DNA of 64,000 nt. It comes from Phallusia mammillata. Its lineage: Eukaryota. The translations under genes were made by a program, and so were the position numbers. The notes below the pieces were generated by a model that saw only the letters and a list, made by a program, of their open reading frames with translations, had not been told where the DNA came from and ran no database searches. Position 1 is the first letter of the stretch, and the number at the start of each line of letters is the position of its first letter. Positions 35,801-44,942 of the stretch are shown here, piece after piece. The stretch is from NCBI GenBank assembly GCA_965637545.1, contig OZ281501.1, forward strand, positions 4,526,001-4,590,000, given 5' to 3'.

Positions 35801-38800
35801 ACACAAGGTAATTTGTGGTTTAATGTACAAGTAGTGACAGTTACAAACAAAATAGAAATTGAAAATTTATTGGTGCCATCTGTGAAGACATGTATACTGT
35901 CGCCATATCTGGTTTGCACTTTTTTGTGAGCTTCTTTGGTATAGGAATTTCAATAATTGCGTGTGATTGTTATAGGTTTATTGTATCACCGGTAAGGACA
36001 TGAGTAACTGACAAGTTTGTTAATTAAACGCACGATTATGTGGGCCAGTAACATTTTTCCACGTGTATTAAAAAAACTGAGATACATTTTTTTTTCTATA
36101 CTTGTAAGTCTAAGAACATGCTGCAATGAATAAGTGGTATTAAATCGCGCCTAATCAACCATAAAATTACGCCATGCTGCTTACAAACATTGATAAAATG
36201 AAAACCATTTCGGGCTACTTTAAAAGCACGAAAAAAAAACTATAAATATTTGTCAGCTAGCGAACTTTTTTTATTGGTTTCATTGATTAAACCAGTGTTA
36301 CTCAAACTTCTTTGCTTCAGGACACACCTAAAAAATAACCGCATCCTAAAAAACAGAAATTTTGAGGTCGCGCCATTGACGGTAATATGGAAAAAAACAG
36401 TCATTGAATATGTCACATAATTTAACTTTTTCGTTATCTAAAGGCGCACCTAACCAGAGATGTAAGTCGGACACCACTGGATTAAACTATTGATTAAACA
36501 TGTTTTTGAGAAACGTCTGACCTAACACGGTATATCAGAACCATAAGGCTTATGTACAATATGGAATGTTATTGTTTTTGACAGATCAAATCTGGCGCAA
36601 CTTTATAACGACCGCTCGGTACTGGAGAATCACCACATTAGTTCAGCTTTCCGCCTCATGCAAGAAGATGACTGCAATATCATGTCGGGCATGAACACTG
36701 ACGATTACCAGTAAGCTCTCAAACCACTTTATAAGTACCAGATAAGTACTAAGATCAAAAAAACTCTGGACTGACTATCACATGTTGCCTGTTTTCAACT
36801 TTATAGCAGAATAATCTGCAGAAGAAACTGATCATGCCGGGTATGCTTTAAAAATGACTTTTAGCATAATTAAATCATTGTAATTCGACTTTCAGCGCAT
36901 TTACCACCGAGTCTGTATGGCTCGGTGGTATGAGGGCTAGAAAAGGCTTCTTCGAGGATCGAGGGTTCGAATTCCAATGGTCAAATGACATATACAAAAG
37001 CTTTCAAACGGGCCTGAAAACCGAATTTAGCAAAAATCAAAGCCTAAATAAAGCCCAAACGTTGGTGAAACTTAGGCAAAAATAGTGACTTTGTTATAAG
37101 TCCCAAATCAAGCCTTAAGCTCCTTGATAAACCGGCTTGTTTCGGCATGACCCCTTCAAAAGGCCCGACGTACTATGAAAGTCAAACTAGAGTTTAAGCT
37201 ACCGTATAGTCTTAGTTGTTGGCTGCATAAATAAATGTTTCAAAAAGTGTTTTGATTTGTTGTAAAAATATTACAACAGAATGAGAACCACGGCCTCTGC
37301 ACAACGACTGAACACATTGGGCGGGTCTTAGATTAATTTATGTTTAATTTGTTTAATGATGAATTTCAGAGAATGTCGAGCACTGATGATTGACATGGTT
37401 CTAGCCACCGACATGAGTCAGCATTTTGGCCAGATCCAAAAGATGAAGTCAGCACTTTCTCATCCCGAAACGTAAGTTTTAAAAATCCTAAAGTCAGTGG
37501 TCGGCAACCTTTTAGGCGACGGGTGCCAATTTACTTGTTATTTCCATGTGTTAATGACCTCGTGTGCCAACGTTTTTCTAAATAATTGTGGTTCGTGCCG
37601 GCTGATATCAATAATAAAGAGAAAGCAGAGTGTTTTGTACATGTAAGGATGAATTTTAAGACAATGGCATGATAAAAACTAAAAACAAGCAGTGTAACAG
37701 GTTAAATTGTGACTTCAATATAAACACGGAAATCGGTTGGCGTGCCATGAAAAAGCACTTCGCGTGCCAGGGGTTGCCGAACCCTGACCTAAACCGAAAA
37801 CGTTCTTGACCGTCCCTACAGCTGACTGCATCGTATGAAAAGGCAATCGGTTCTCGTTTGGATTCACGTGTGCTGAAGAATTAAGTTTTTTTTGCAGACT
37901 TGAAAAATCCCGCGCCATGTGTCTTATGATTCACTCAGCTGATATTAACCACCCTTCGAAACCGTGGCATCTTCATCACAAGTAAGTTATAACTTATCTT
38001 TATATCTGAAAACAATCGCACCGAGCAGTAGAATAATAAGCAGTGGTTGATCATATTGATTATACCTTCATAATATTAAAATAATTCTAAGTAAAGTGAG
38101 ATGAGAAGTCGGGGAATGGCGTGCAAACGATATCAAACATTTGGTTGTATACACAGTTGATAACAAAGCGGGAAGTCAAAATACCACATGGTTCTAAAGG
38201 GTGTTACTGGACACCGCATCATACTGCATGCGGGAGTATAAGCCCAAAACGGTATCTGAGACATTGGTATATTGTTATTGTATTACCAACATGAGGTAGC
38301 ATGTGGTACCATACGGTACCATACGGTAAGAACCGGTCCTAAACGCTCAGTCGAACAAAACAATTTTAGCCTGCAGTGGAAACAGCACTTCTTAAATCAA
38401 AAACCATCAACAGCAGCTCTTAAATTGGCGATCACTGTGTACCATTTCCACCTCTAACACCAATGAGTGTTAGAACCCTTGGTTCAAACAAAATTGATTT
38501 AACCAAAGAGATAAGCTTAGATAATTTGCCAGTCTGGCATAAGAAGTCCCCTGTTCAAATTGGATCATAAACTGTTGAATAAAGAACTGACGATGTCATT
38601 TAGGCAAAAAATATACCTGAAACTAACTGATTGTGTTTTGAGAGGTATGTGGTTGATTTTGTATTTTAAATACTATATTTATTATTTTATTTTCGCTGAA
38701 AATGCGACTTTATACTCGCTGCCGATGACCGAAATGTGTTTTTGTAATTTATAAATTAATGTTTTTGTGCAGATGGACAGAACGGTTAGTTGTTGAGTTT

Positions 38801-41110
38801 TTCGAACAAGGAGACAGGGAAAGAGAACTGAATCTTCCAATTTCACCACTGTGTGATCGACATACAACGATGGTGGCGCAATCGCAGATCGGTAAGAGGC
38901 AATTGGCAAAACTTCTGCCCTTTAATGGTCAACTCAAGGGATCCCCGTGTCCATACTTACATTGTCTAAACATAATACATACAGCCATGCGATTACCACT
39001 ATTGTAAAAAATACCTCTGACAGAAAGCCTGTCTTTTTTGTTACTTCTGCTACACTAAAGTGCTGAAAATCGGGACGTTTAAGAAACTCCCTTAATTGCG
39101 AAAGGTTTGGTTTTTAGCATGCATGTTTTTAGCATAGTAGAACTTTCCTTAATTACGGCACTGGACCAAAAAAACACCCATGCGTAATATCTACGACGTC
39201 ACAGGTTTCATCGATTACGTCATCGAGCCAACTTTCAACATCCTCTTCGACATGTATAAGAACGTTAACGGTCAGGTCATCCACGATCACATTCTGGCTT
39301 CAAGGTCCGGAAGCGCATCGGGAAGTCGAGGTCAACCGGGTTCAACCGCTGCACGAAGCTCAGCTGCTGATGACGTTTTAAAACGAAGATTTAGTGACTG
39401 TAGTTCGTACAGGTTGGTTGATAGGTTACTCTGACTCGGTTTCGGTGTAGGCAATAAGCTGTAACTTGCGGTGTTAACCACACCAGAGTTGTAAACGGGC
39501 CTGAATTGAAAATAAAAGCCCAAAACCCGACCCAATTCGAAAGTACAAGCCTAAATCCCGGTCCAATTCGAAAGTGCATGCCCAAAACCCGGTCCAATTC
39601 GAAAGTGCAAGCCTAAAACCCGACCCAATTCGAAAGTACAAGCCCAAAACCCGGTCCAATTCGAAAGTGCAAGCCCAAAACCCGGTCCAATCCGAAATCT
39701 CAAGCCTAAAACCCGACCCAGTTCGAAAATTCAACCCCTAAACCCGGTCCAATTTGAAATTACAAGCCCAAACGCGACCCAAACTAAAAACCCTGCCCCA
39801 TTCGAAAGTTTAAACCAAAAACCCGGCCCGAATAGGAAAATCCTAAGCCAAAACATGGTCCAAACCCGGTTTAGTTTGAAATCAAGACTTCAATGTACCA
39901 GGGTGATATTATGACGCTAATGGCGCCGAGTACACAGCCAGACCCAAATCAAGCCCGGTTAATTGAAACATAAGCCAGAACCCGTCCAAAAAACGTCCCG
40001 ACTTAGAAATCTGAAACAGATTTCCTTTTCTTGGAAAAACGTTTTATTGGAAACAACATTTTACGATATTTTCAAATACTGATGTTACATTCCATGTTTT
40101 ACAGTAGCGCAATTACCAACAGAGCGGAGATCCTCAGATCGACGAATGAAGGTAGAAAAAGATGTTTTGCCTACATGGAGCATAACAGGACGCAGTGGCA
40201 ACGGAAAAATGAAATAGGTAGGTTGGACCATTGTAAGCAAACTCTTAAACTCGAAGTAAAAAAGTCAAGGTAAAGCCATTCTGGTTGGTATCTTAAATCA
40301 AGTCTTAATGGTTATAATAGTGACTCCAGTTCGAGTCTTGGTGGTTCGTTACTCGAGTTAAATCGAGTCGTCGGGATGGATGACTCGAGTTAAGTAGAGT
40401 CTTGAAGTTTGGCCACTCAAGTCGAGTCTGGGTGGTTTGTAACTTGAGTCAAGTCGAGTATTGGTGGCTTGTGACTCGATTTTAGTGTGGTCCTCGGCGT
40501 TGGTGACTCAAAACCTCAAACGCAAGTAAACTTACAACTTATTCTGCAAACAAATAAACCCGCGAATTGTGTACACTAAACTAATAATGTATTACCAAAT
40601 GTATTATCACCGGAAAAAACACTTCCCAAAATTAGTTTTAAACGAAAAGCATTTTTATTTTTACCAGCAAAGATAAATCTACAGTTAATACCTCCGTTAA
40701 TCCGGACCCGTTCGGACCAAAAAAATGTCTGTATTCGGTGAAGATCCTGATTAACCGATGTCGATTAGTTCAAGTCTTACCACATCACAAATCATTTGTA
40801 CCTCGAGTTTTATTCGATTTAGGCAAAAATCCGGATTAACCGAGGTTCACTGTACTTTGGTATAACGCCTTTAATAGGCCTGGCATACTAGGACTTAAAC
40901 GTGTTATGCTTTATTTGTTTAGAACGAGAACACAATCTTTTTGGGAACGATTCCTTCACAAAAGCTCCACAATTTACACCGGATCCGCTTCCAACGTTTA
41001 ACATCACACCATCCAACGGGACAGTCACTACGTCACAACAACCGACTGTTACGTCACAGACAACCAAGGACCGGACGATTGATTCTAATGACGTCATGGA
41101 GCCGACGTAG
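11063..41110 (+). CDS. PDE1: Calcium/calmodulin-dependent 3',5'-cyclic nucleotide phosphodiesterase (PDE1 family), spliced; longest model ~925 aa
   Basis: Hand-assembled exons with AG/GT boundaries and consistent phases: 11063-11867, 27503-27797, 28244-28360, 29730-29845, 30982-31127, 31841-31957, 33335-33475, 35707-35807, 36585-36710, 37370-37471, 37898-37981, 38773-38891, 39205-39412, 40105-40217, 40923-41110 (2778 nt incl. stop). PDE1-type N-terminal segments: LRGLIGQLD..LRHNLEYAISVLES, PPEIKRWLLQTF, LRSVVHAVQAGMFVERIFR. Class I PDE catalytic motifs: YHNPIHAADV, HDLEHTGTTN, LENHH, LATDM, IHSAD, EFFEQGDRE, SQIGFIDY. Confidence 0.95.
14241..14284 (+). ncRNA. Minimal type I hammerhead motif (Penelope/retrozyme type, palindromic ACGU stem III), family A copy 1
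   Basis: TACC-CTGATGA-A-GGCGACCT GTAT AGGACGTC-GAAA-CG-TT^-GGTA. GUU triplet. Lies in a ~140-bp repeat (about 14205-14345) shared with the copies near 19.8 and 21.3 kb. Confidence 0.75.
15348..15412. repeat. 35-bp direct tandem repeat, about 2 copies
   Basis: CTGTGATA(T/C)TTTTACATGTTGCTCTTATGT twice. Confidence 0.9.
16128..16431. mobile_element. hAT-type MITE
   Basis: TIR CAGTGGTTCTCAACC / GGTTGAGAACCACTG; TSD CTTTACAC; internal CCGGTCCGC repeats. Confidence 0.92.
17117..17465. mobile_element. hAT-type MITE
   Basis: TIR CAGGGCTACTCAAA / TTTGAGAAGCCCTG; TSD GTTTAGTG. Confidence 0.85.
19776..19819 (-). ncRNA. Minimal type I hammerhead motif, family A copy 2
   Basis: Minus: TACC-CTGATGA-A-GGCGACCG GTAT AGGACGTC-GAAA-CG-TC^-GATA. 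GUC triplet; one mismatch in stem I. Flanks (ATAAAAATACAAATGCCAGAAGAGCTCTATA) match copy 1. Confidence 0.75.
20522..20670. mobile_element. Small foldback element, 45-bp arms
   Basis: GTTTGGAAATGTTTATTTCCAGGTGAAAATCAGTTGACAGTGTTA and its near-perfect reverse complement about 60 nt downstream. Confidence 0.8.
21331..21378 (-). ncRNA. Minimal type I hammerhead motif, family A copy 3
   Basis: Minus: ATTATC-CTGATGA-A-GGCGTCTC GTAT GGGACGTC-GAAA-CG-TC^-GGTTGT. Fully paired 8-bp stem II (incl. G-U) that differs from copies 1/2 by compensating changes. Downstream GAAGAGC..ATGCCTGGCAGCA is shared with copy 1. Confidence 0.78.
23081..23144 (+). CDS. Candidate alternative first coding exon of PDE1 (MPKQRQVVRRKRSKSSRGPEN)
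   Basis: ATG, 21 open codons, AACG|GTAAGT consensus donor, phase 1 matching exon 27503. Basic, NLS-like peptide. Confidence 0.55.
25518..25564 (+). CDS. Candidate short alternative first exon of PDE1 (MQMGKRPAVWDVHYTR)
   Basis: ATG, 15 codons plus 2 nt, CAAG|GTAATT donor in phase 2. It would join directly to the CaM-binding exon at 28244 (..YTR|LRGLIG). Confidence 0.35.
26176..26227 (-). ncRNA. Type I hammerhead ribozyme motif (canonical core, full stem III), antisense to PDE1
   Basis: Minus strand: AGATGTA-CTGATGA-GATCT TAT AGGTC-GAAA-CAGTG TG CACTG-TC^-TGCAGCT. Perfect CUGAUGA/GAAA/GUC core and three stems. Predicted cut between 26183 and 26182. Confidence 0.88.
26379..26433 (+). ncRNA. 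Type I hammerhead ribozyme motif (full stem III), sense to PDE1
   Basis: AGCTGCA-TTGATGA-GTCCT TACAGC AGGTC-GAAA-CA ATGTGCCC TG-TC^-TGCAGCT. Stem I is a perfect 7 bp. The core has a C3U variant and stem II a T-T mismatch. GUC triplet, predicted cut after 26426. Confidence 0.75.
29069..29134 (+). mobile_element. tRNA-derived SINE-like head (related copies about 30668-30720 and 36904-36985)
   Basis: Box A TAGCTCAGTTGGTAG and box B GGTTCAAATCC with no anticodon arm. Shared CCACC(A/G)AGTCT leader and GGCTAGATTT tail among copies. Confidence 0.65.
30027..30335. mobile_element. hAT-type MITE with degenerate right end
   Basis: Left end CAGGGGTTCATAAAC; GTTTAATG flanks both sides (TSD). Confidence 0.6.
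32765..33285. mobile_element. hAT-type MITE
   Basis: TIR CAGTGGTTCTTAACC / GGTTAAGAACCACTG; TSD CTCTAGAT. Confidence 0.92.
34035..34059. promoter_or_regulatory. Cluster of three nuclear-receptor half-sites including a DR3
   Basis: TGACCT-TGCG-GGGTCA-CAG-AGGTCA in a PDE1 intron. Confidence 0.35.
34465..34675. mobile_element. Foldback element centred on the family B hammerhead (inverted, 5'-truncated pseudo-LTR-like)
   Basis: Left arm 34465-34555 is the reverse complement of the right arm 34577-34675. It reproduces the hammerhead only from the stem II loop onward and lacks CUGAUGA. Confidence 0.8.
34563..34599 (+). ncRNA. Minimal type I hammerhead motif, family B (palindromic AUAUAU stem III)
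   Basis: GGAA-CTGATGA-T-GCC ACATA GGC-GAAA-TATA-TA^-TTCC. Stem I GGAA/TTCC, AUA triplet, predicted cut after 34595. Confidence 0.78.
36293..36479. mobile_element. hAT-type MITE
   Basis: CAGTGTTACTC ... GACACCACTG; TSD GATTAAAC. Confidence 0.75.
37495..37786. mobile_element. hAT-type MITE
   Basis: TIR CAGTGGTCGGCAACC / GGTTGCCGAACCCTG; internal CGTGCCA repeats; TSD imperfect. Confidence 0.8.
38584..38640 (+). pseudogene. Degenerate family B hammerhead element (G12A, stem I lost); duplicated at 60542-60598
   Basis: GAA-CTGACGA-T-GTC ATTTA GGC-AAAA-AATATA, followed by AACTAACTGATTGTGTTTTG, similar to AACCGACTGATTCTGTTTTA after the 34563 copy. Confidence 0.55.
39484..40013. mobile_element. Non-autonomous TIR element containing a 31-bp tandem array (duplicate at 61442-61971; related copies near 24440-24810, 28550-28735, 37000-37200)
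   Basis: About 10-11 units of AAAACCCG(G/A)(T/C)CCAATTCGAAAGT(A/G)CAAGCC(C/T). Ends CAGAGTTGTAAACGGGCC / GTCCCGACTTAGAAATCTG. The related copies share CCCGA-rich subterminal motifs. Confidence 0.75.
40319..40510. repeat. Degenerate ~30-bp array of GACTCGAGTC palindromes (transposon-subterminal type); duplicate at 62277-62468
   Basis: Repeated (G)TGACTCGAGTCAAGTCGAGTCTTGGTGGT-like units. Confidence 0.7.
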
Positions 41111-43147
41111 CGCTGACGTCAACGCTCTTTCGATTCGAATGTGATTTATTTTTTTGTTCAGTGGAATACAAAGAGCGAACTTGTTTTCGAGTTTTTAGTT
41201 GGCCCGCTCCCCCCCCCCCCCCAACAATTACCTCGACATTGCGGATATGACGTCATCACTAATGATGAATCGCACACGACAGTTTTTGGGGTTTTCAAAA
41301 TATGTCTACAATGGTGTAGGTGTACTTTCACTTTAGTACCAAGTTTTAGATTTTCATACCTTTGTCTGTAAAGCATTTTAGCATTTGCAAACTAGATACC
41401 ATGTTCAAACTAGAATACCGGAAGCCCTGTTTTGCTAACTATGGGAACCAATCGGTTTAGCTGAAACATGGCAACTTTACTATTATTTTTCTGTAACTGG
41501 CATGGCATCCAAAAATCTATAGTTACACAAAAATCACTCGCCGTTCAAAGACTGACATATATTTTATTTAATGTTGCGTGTATTTTCTTATTTTTGAGAG
41601 CTGCATCGAATTATAATGATTTTTCAATGTTTATTTGTTTAAAGTTCCTTTGTTTCACTTGTATTTCAACCTATCTTCCCGGGAGCGGCGTTGCCCGGTT
41701 GTGTAATGTGTATGAGAGCCCTAATCGAACACTAGCCTGTGGTGCAGACCCCTATATTTATTTTCAACGTTGTGTAATGCACTCTTCGCCCATTTACTTC
41801 ACTTGTATGTTTTTTTGTTTTTATTTTGACTTGGCGCTGAGGTGGGTAGCCTAGACTGACAAGGGCTTAAAGTTGAAGAGAAAATGTATACGTTTAGATT
41901 GCGGTTATGGTGTTTTCAATTTGTGACTGTTAAGAAAAACTCAACAACTGAAGTTGTACAAAACCCACACGAAATTTTCAATGATTTACTTATGTGATCT
42001 TTTTTGCAAGGTAATTTAGATAACCAAAAATGTAAGCTTTGTAAACTACGGTACTAAGTTGTACAAAGCGAATTTGTAAAAACTTTGGGGAAAACAGAAC
42101 CTGTCAAATTTAACCCAGTTATCATACTGCACACTTTTTTCTTTAAAATGGCAATCGCTGTATAAAATGGAGTATGTGCAAATCAATTCCAGTTCTTTAT
42201 ACCCTATTGGCTACGTCAAAGTTTCCCACGTTTTGTAAAACTCAATGATCTAGAAAAATGCGCCTATGTCTACAAATGTTTCTCAACCAAAAATCCCACG
42301 CCAACGCTACATATTGATCTGTATAATGACGTTTGAGATACCACGCTGGTTCACATTGCACGACGCTGAATAGTCAAAAGTACTGGCACTGCCCAATGTT
42401 GAAACGCAATGGTTGGGCATTGCCGTAGTTCAGATCCCCAAAATTCCTACTCCTATTGATCAATTACGCAAGGCCTGATTGGTTTTGAGCTATCAATGTC
42501 ATGTCGATTTATTACGGTGCAACGTTAAAATACCAGCGATTTGGGTAATGTCGTTTTGTTGAAAGTCTTCCCGTCGGTTTCTGCTATGCTCCTTTGAAAG
42601 GGAGGTCACTGTGCTTTATTTGTAGCTGGCTACATACAAGTGATGCTATCAGTTCGTGTCGAATAAATACTGATGTACAAAACGCTCTGCTTCCCCATTT
42701 AGCTACAAGACAGCTATGAAACCATTGTAGATCATGATGACAGGCCCACTTTTAACGCATGTAATCAAAATATTGTTTCAAGGTACATCTGTTAAAAAAT
42801 TGTCACAAAAATGTTTCAAAATCTTACCAAACCAAAAAACAGGTTGTATCTAAACCCAGCACATCCAATTCACTTATAATTGTGTAATTTATCCTTAGAC
42901 CTGATAAAAGTGTTAAAATTGAAACCACCTAAACTTCTTACAACCCAGCAATATTTTGTAAGGTCTGTAGTATAACCAAGCTACCTATCTGCTTTTGTAG
43001 AAAGTAACAATATACTTTTTGACATTCAGTAGATTTGTATTTACACCCATAGTTCAAAGTCTATACACTTCTGGTGTCCACCACAATTTGAGAAGTTGGA
43101 TTATCGGTGTTTGTTCCAAGTCCAGTGAATGTCAATGAAAGGAAGAT

Positions 43148-43859
43148 CTACTTTGATCTTGCACGCATCTTTCTGCGCTTGCGCTTCAATCTTCGCATTC
43201 TCTTCTTCTTCCACTGAACATAAAACATCAATTTAATGGTCAAATTGTTCGAAAGACATAACTTGTAATATATAATGCAAACTCCAAACTTTCAGATAAT
43301 ATGCCAAGTGGGTATTAATAAGTTCTTCACAAAATAAGTAATATTGGCCCATTTCAACCAAAGCGGGCATAAACAAGCATTAATGATTAATATAGCATGT
43401 CAAAACTAACAAAGGTAATTGATATTCCTTGAAAACTACTCACAAACATTAAGCATATCAACTTCAGTTATTGTTTAATTTTAATTCTTTACTTCTAAAC
43501 ATGTGGATAATTTCAAGATTGATAGGAACAAAAAAGGTTCAACATGCACTTAACCATTTTAGCAGAACCACAGAAGTAAAAAACGTTATTTGTGTGGCAG
43601 GTTATAAAAACGCACATTAAAATAAACACATGGAATTGAGATAAAGTATATTTTGTTAAAAGCAACCATGGATTACAAATCGTACTGTTTACAAGAGATA
43701 TGTGCTACAGAAGCATTAGCCAAAGTTGCAAACTGCCTGCTCAAATGTCAACGTGGACCAAACTTTTCACGAGGCCATATTAAAAAAATATCACACAACA
43801 ATTAAATAAGTTGGTAAGTAATTGCTAAATATAAAACATTTTCTCACCTTTCCGCGCAT
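43148..43859 (-). CDS. RPL41: Ribosomal protein L41 (eL41/eS32), 25 aa
   Basis: Coding exons 43859-43848 (MRGK|GTGAG) and 43213-43148 (CAG|[21 protein letters not shown]). Nearly identical to the canonical [25 protein letters not shown]. Confidence 0.96.
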
Positions 43860-44942
43860 CGCTGTTAGATAAAACGATCCGCAAGAAACAGATTCGTAAG
43901 GATTTTACTTTCAAGTTTTCCTGTTAACGTCTCATCTAAAAGGACCGCATCCAAGGCAATTTCGCTGCAGCGAAACTAAAGTTAAAGGATTACGTACATA
44001 TTTTAATTTTTAATATTTTGTCAACAATTTTAAAAAACAAATTATCAGGAATAAATAATAAAAACTACCTACAAAAATATTACTTGCATAAATCTTCGGA
44101 AAATCTGTGCTACTTTTATGGAAATCTGTATGACGAATCGCATAGAGTATTTTACTCTTCAGTCTTCACTCTTCACATCCCAAAGAAAGTTCAGTACCGT
44201 AGCTGATAAATCAGGATAAAACGTTGCTACATAAAATACAAACAATTCTGCCTGCAAAAGAGGTGCTTACTCATTTACTGTAATCACTGAAAGCAACCAC
44301 AATCAACTTCACATTGTGTTGACTATTGACCCAAAACATCACTGAAGCGAAACGTTGTTTGCAAGAAATACTTAAAGGTAGTCGAGCACAAATTTAAAAC
44401 TTTTTTTATCGCAGAGTCACTCACGCAAAATAAAGTAACGCAAATGTTAACATATAATTTTAGAACTACTGTTTCCCACTGCAAGCTGTTTTAGCATGGA
44501 AACGGGGCTTAAATCAAACAATTTGAAACAAGACAATTCACTATTCACATCACAATGCTAGCGAGGTGAAATCCCTCAAACCTTCGTTACAAAAGTATTG
44601 CGCAAATTTCGTCACTATATATATGTTACTGCGTGTAAAATGAAAACAATATTTCATTGTCGTTTTTTTGTCATCATTGTTTTCAATTTCGTTATGCTTT
44701 GTTTGGCACTTGGCAGTGATAAATTTTAAAAACATATCGCGTGAAAAAAAGGGTAAAAATTTAGCCAGGTTGGGTGTAGGTTTAGCAAAGATATTCTGTA
44801 TTTTTTTAATAATGATTGGATGTATGTAATTGTCAACAGAATTAAGCCCACTGCTAAATAGTACTATGCATTAATTGTATATGTTGGGAATGTGAATTTA
44901 TATTATTGCATCTGCACCATTTGGCTTTAATGGAGAGATAAC
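43860..44942. promoter_or_regulatory. Shared upstream region of head-to-head RPL41 and DCUN1D5 (possible bidirectional promoter)
   Basis: Divergent start codons about 1.08 kb apart. Pyrimidine run CCTTTT on the minus strand near 43940 (TOP-like). Perfect 16-bp palindrome TTTCGCTGCAGCGAAA at 43960-43975. Confidence 0.4.

Noticed and set aside
39367-39390. CTGATGA followed by a hairpin (CGTTT TA AAACG) as a hammerhead
   Set aside because: Followed by GAAG/AAGA rather than GAAA, no stems I/III, and it lies in a PDE1 coding exon.
39484-40013. 31-bp array as a CRISPR array, and the minus-strand ORFs across it (39474-39734 etc.)
   Set aside because: Units are contiguous with no unique spacers, the context is eukaryotic and there are no cas genes. 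The ORFs are translations of the repeat.
43214-43847. snoRNA in the RPL41 intron
   Set aside because: No convincing C/D box pair with terminal stem and no clear H box/ACA two-hairpin layout by eye; a snoRNA covariance search would be needed.
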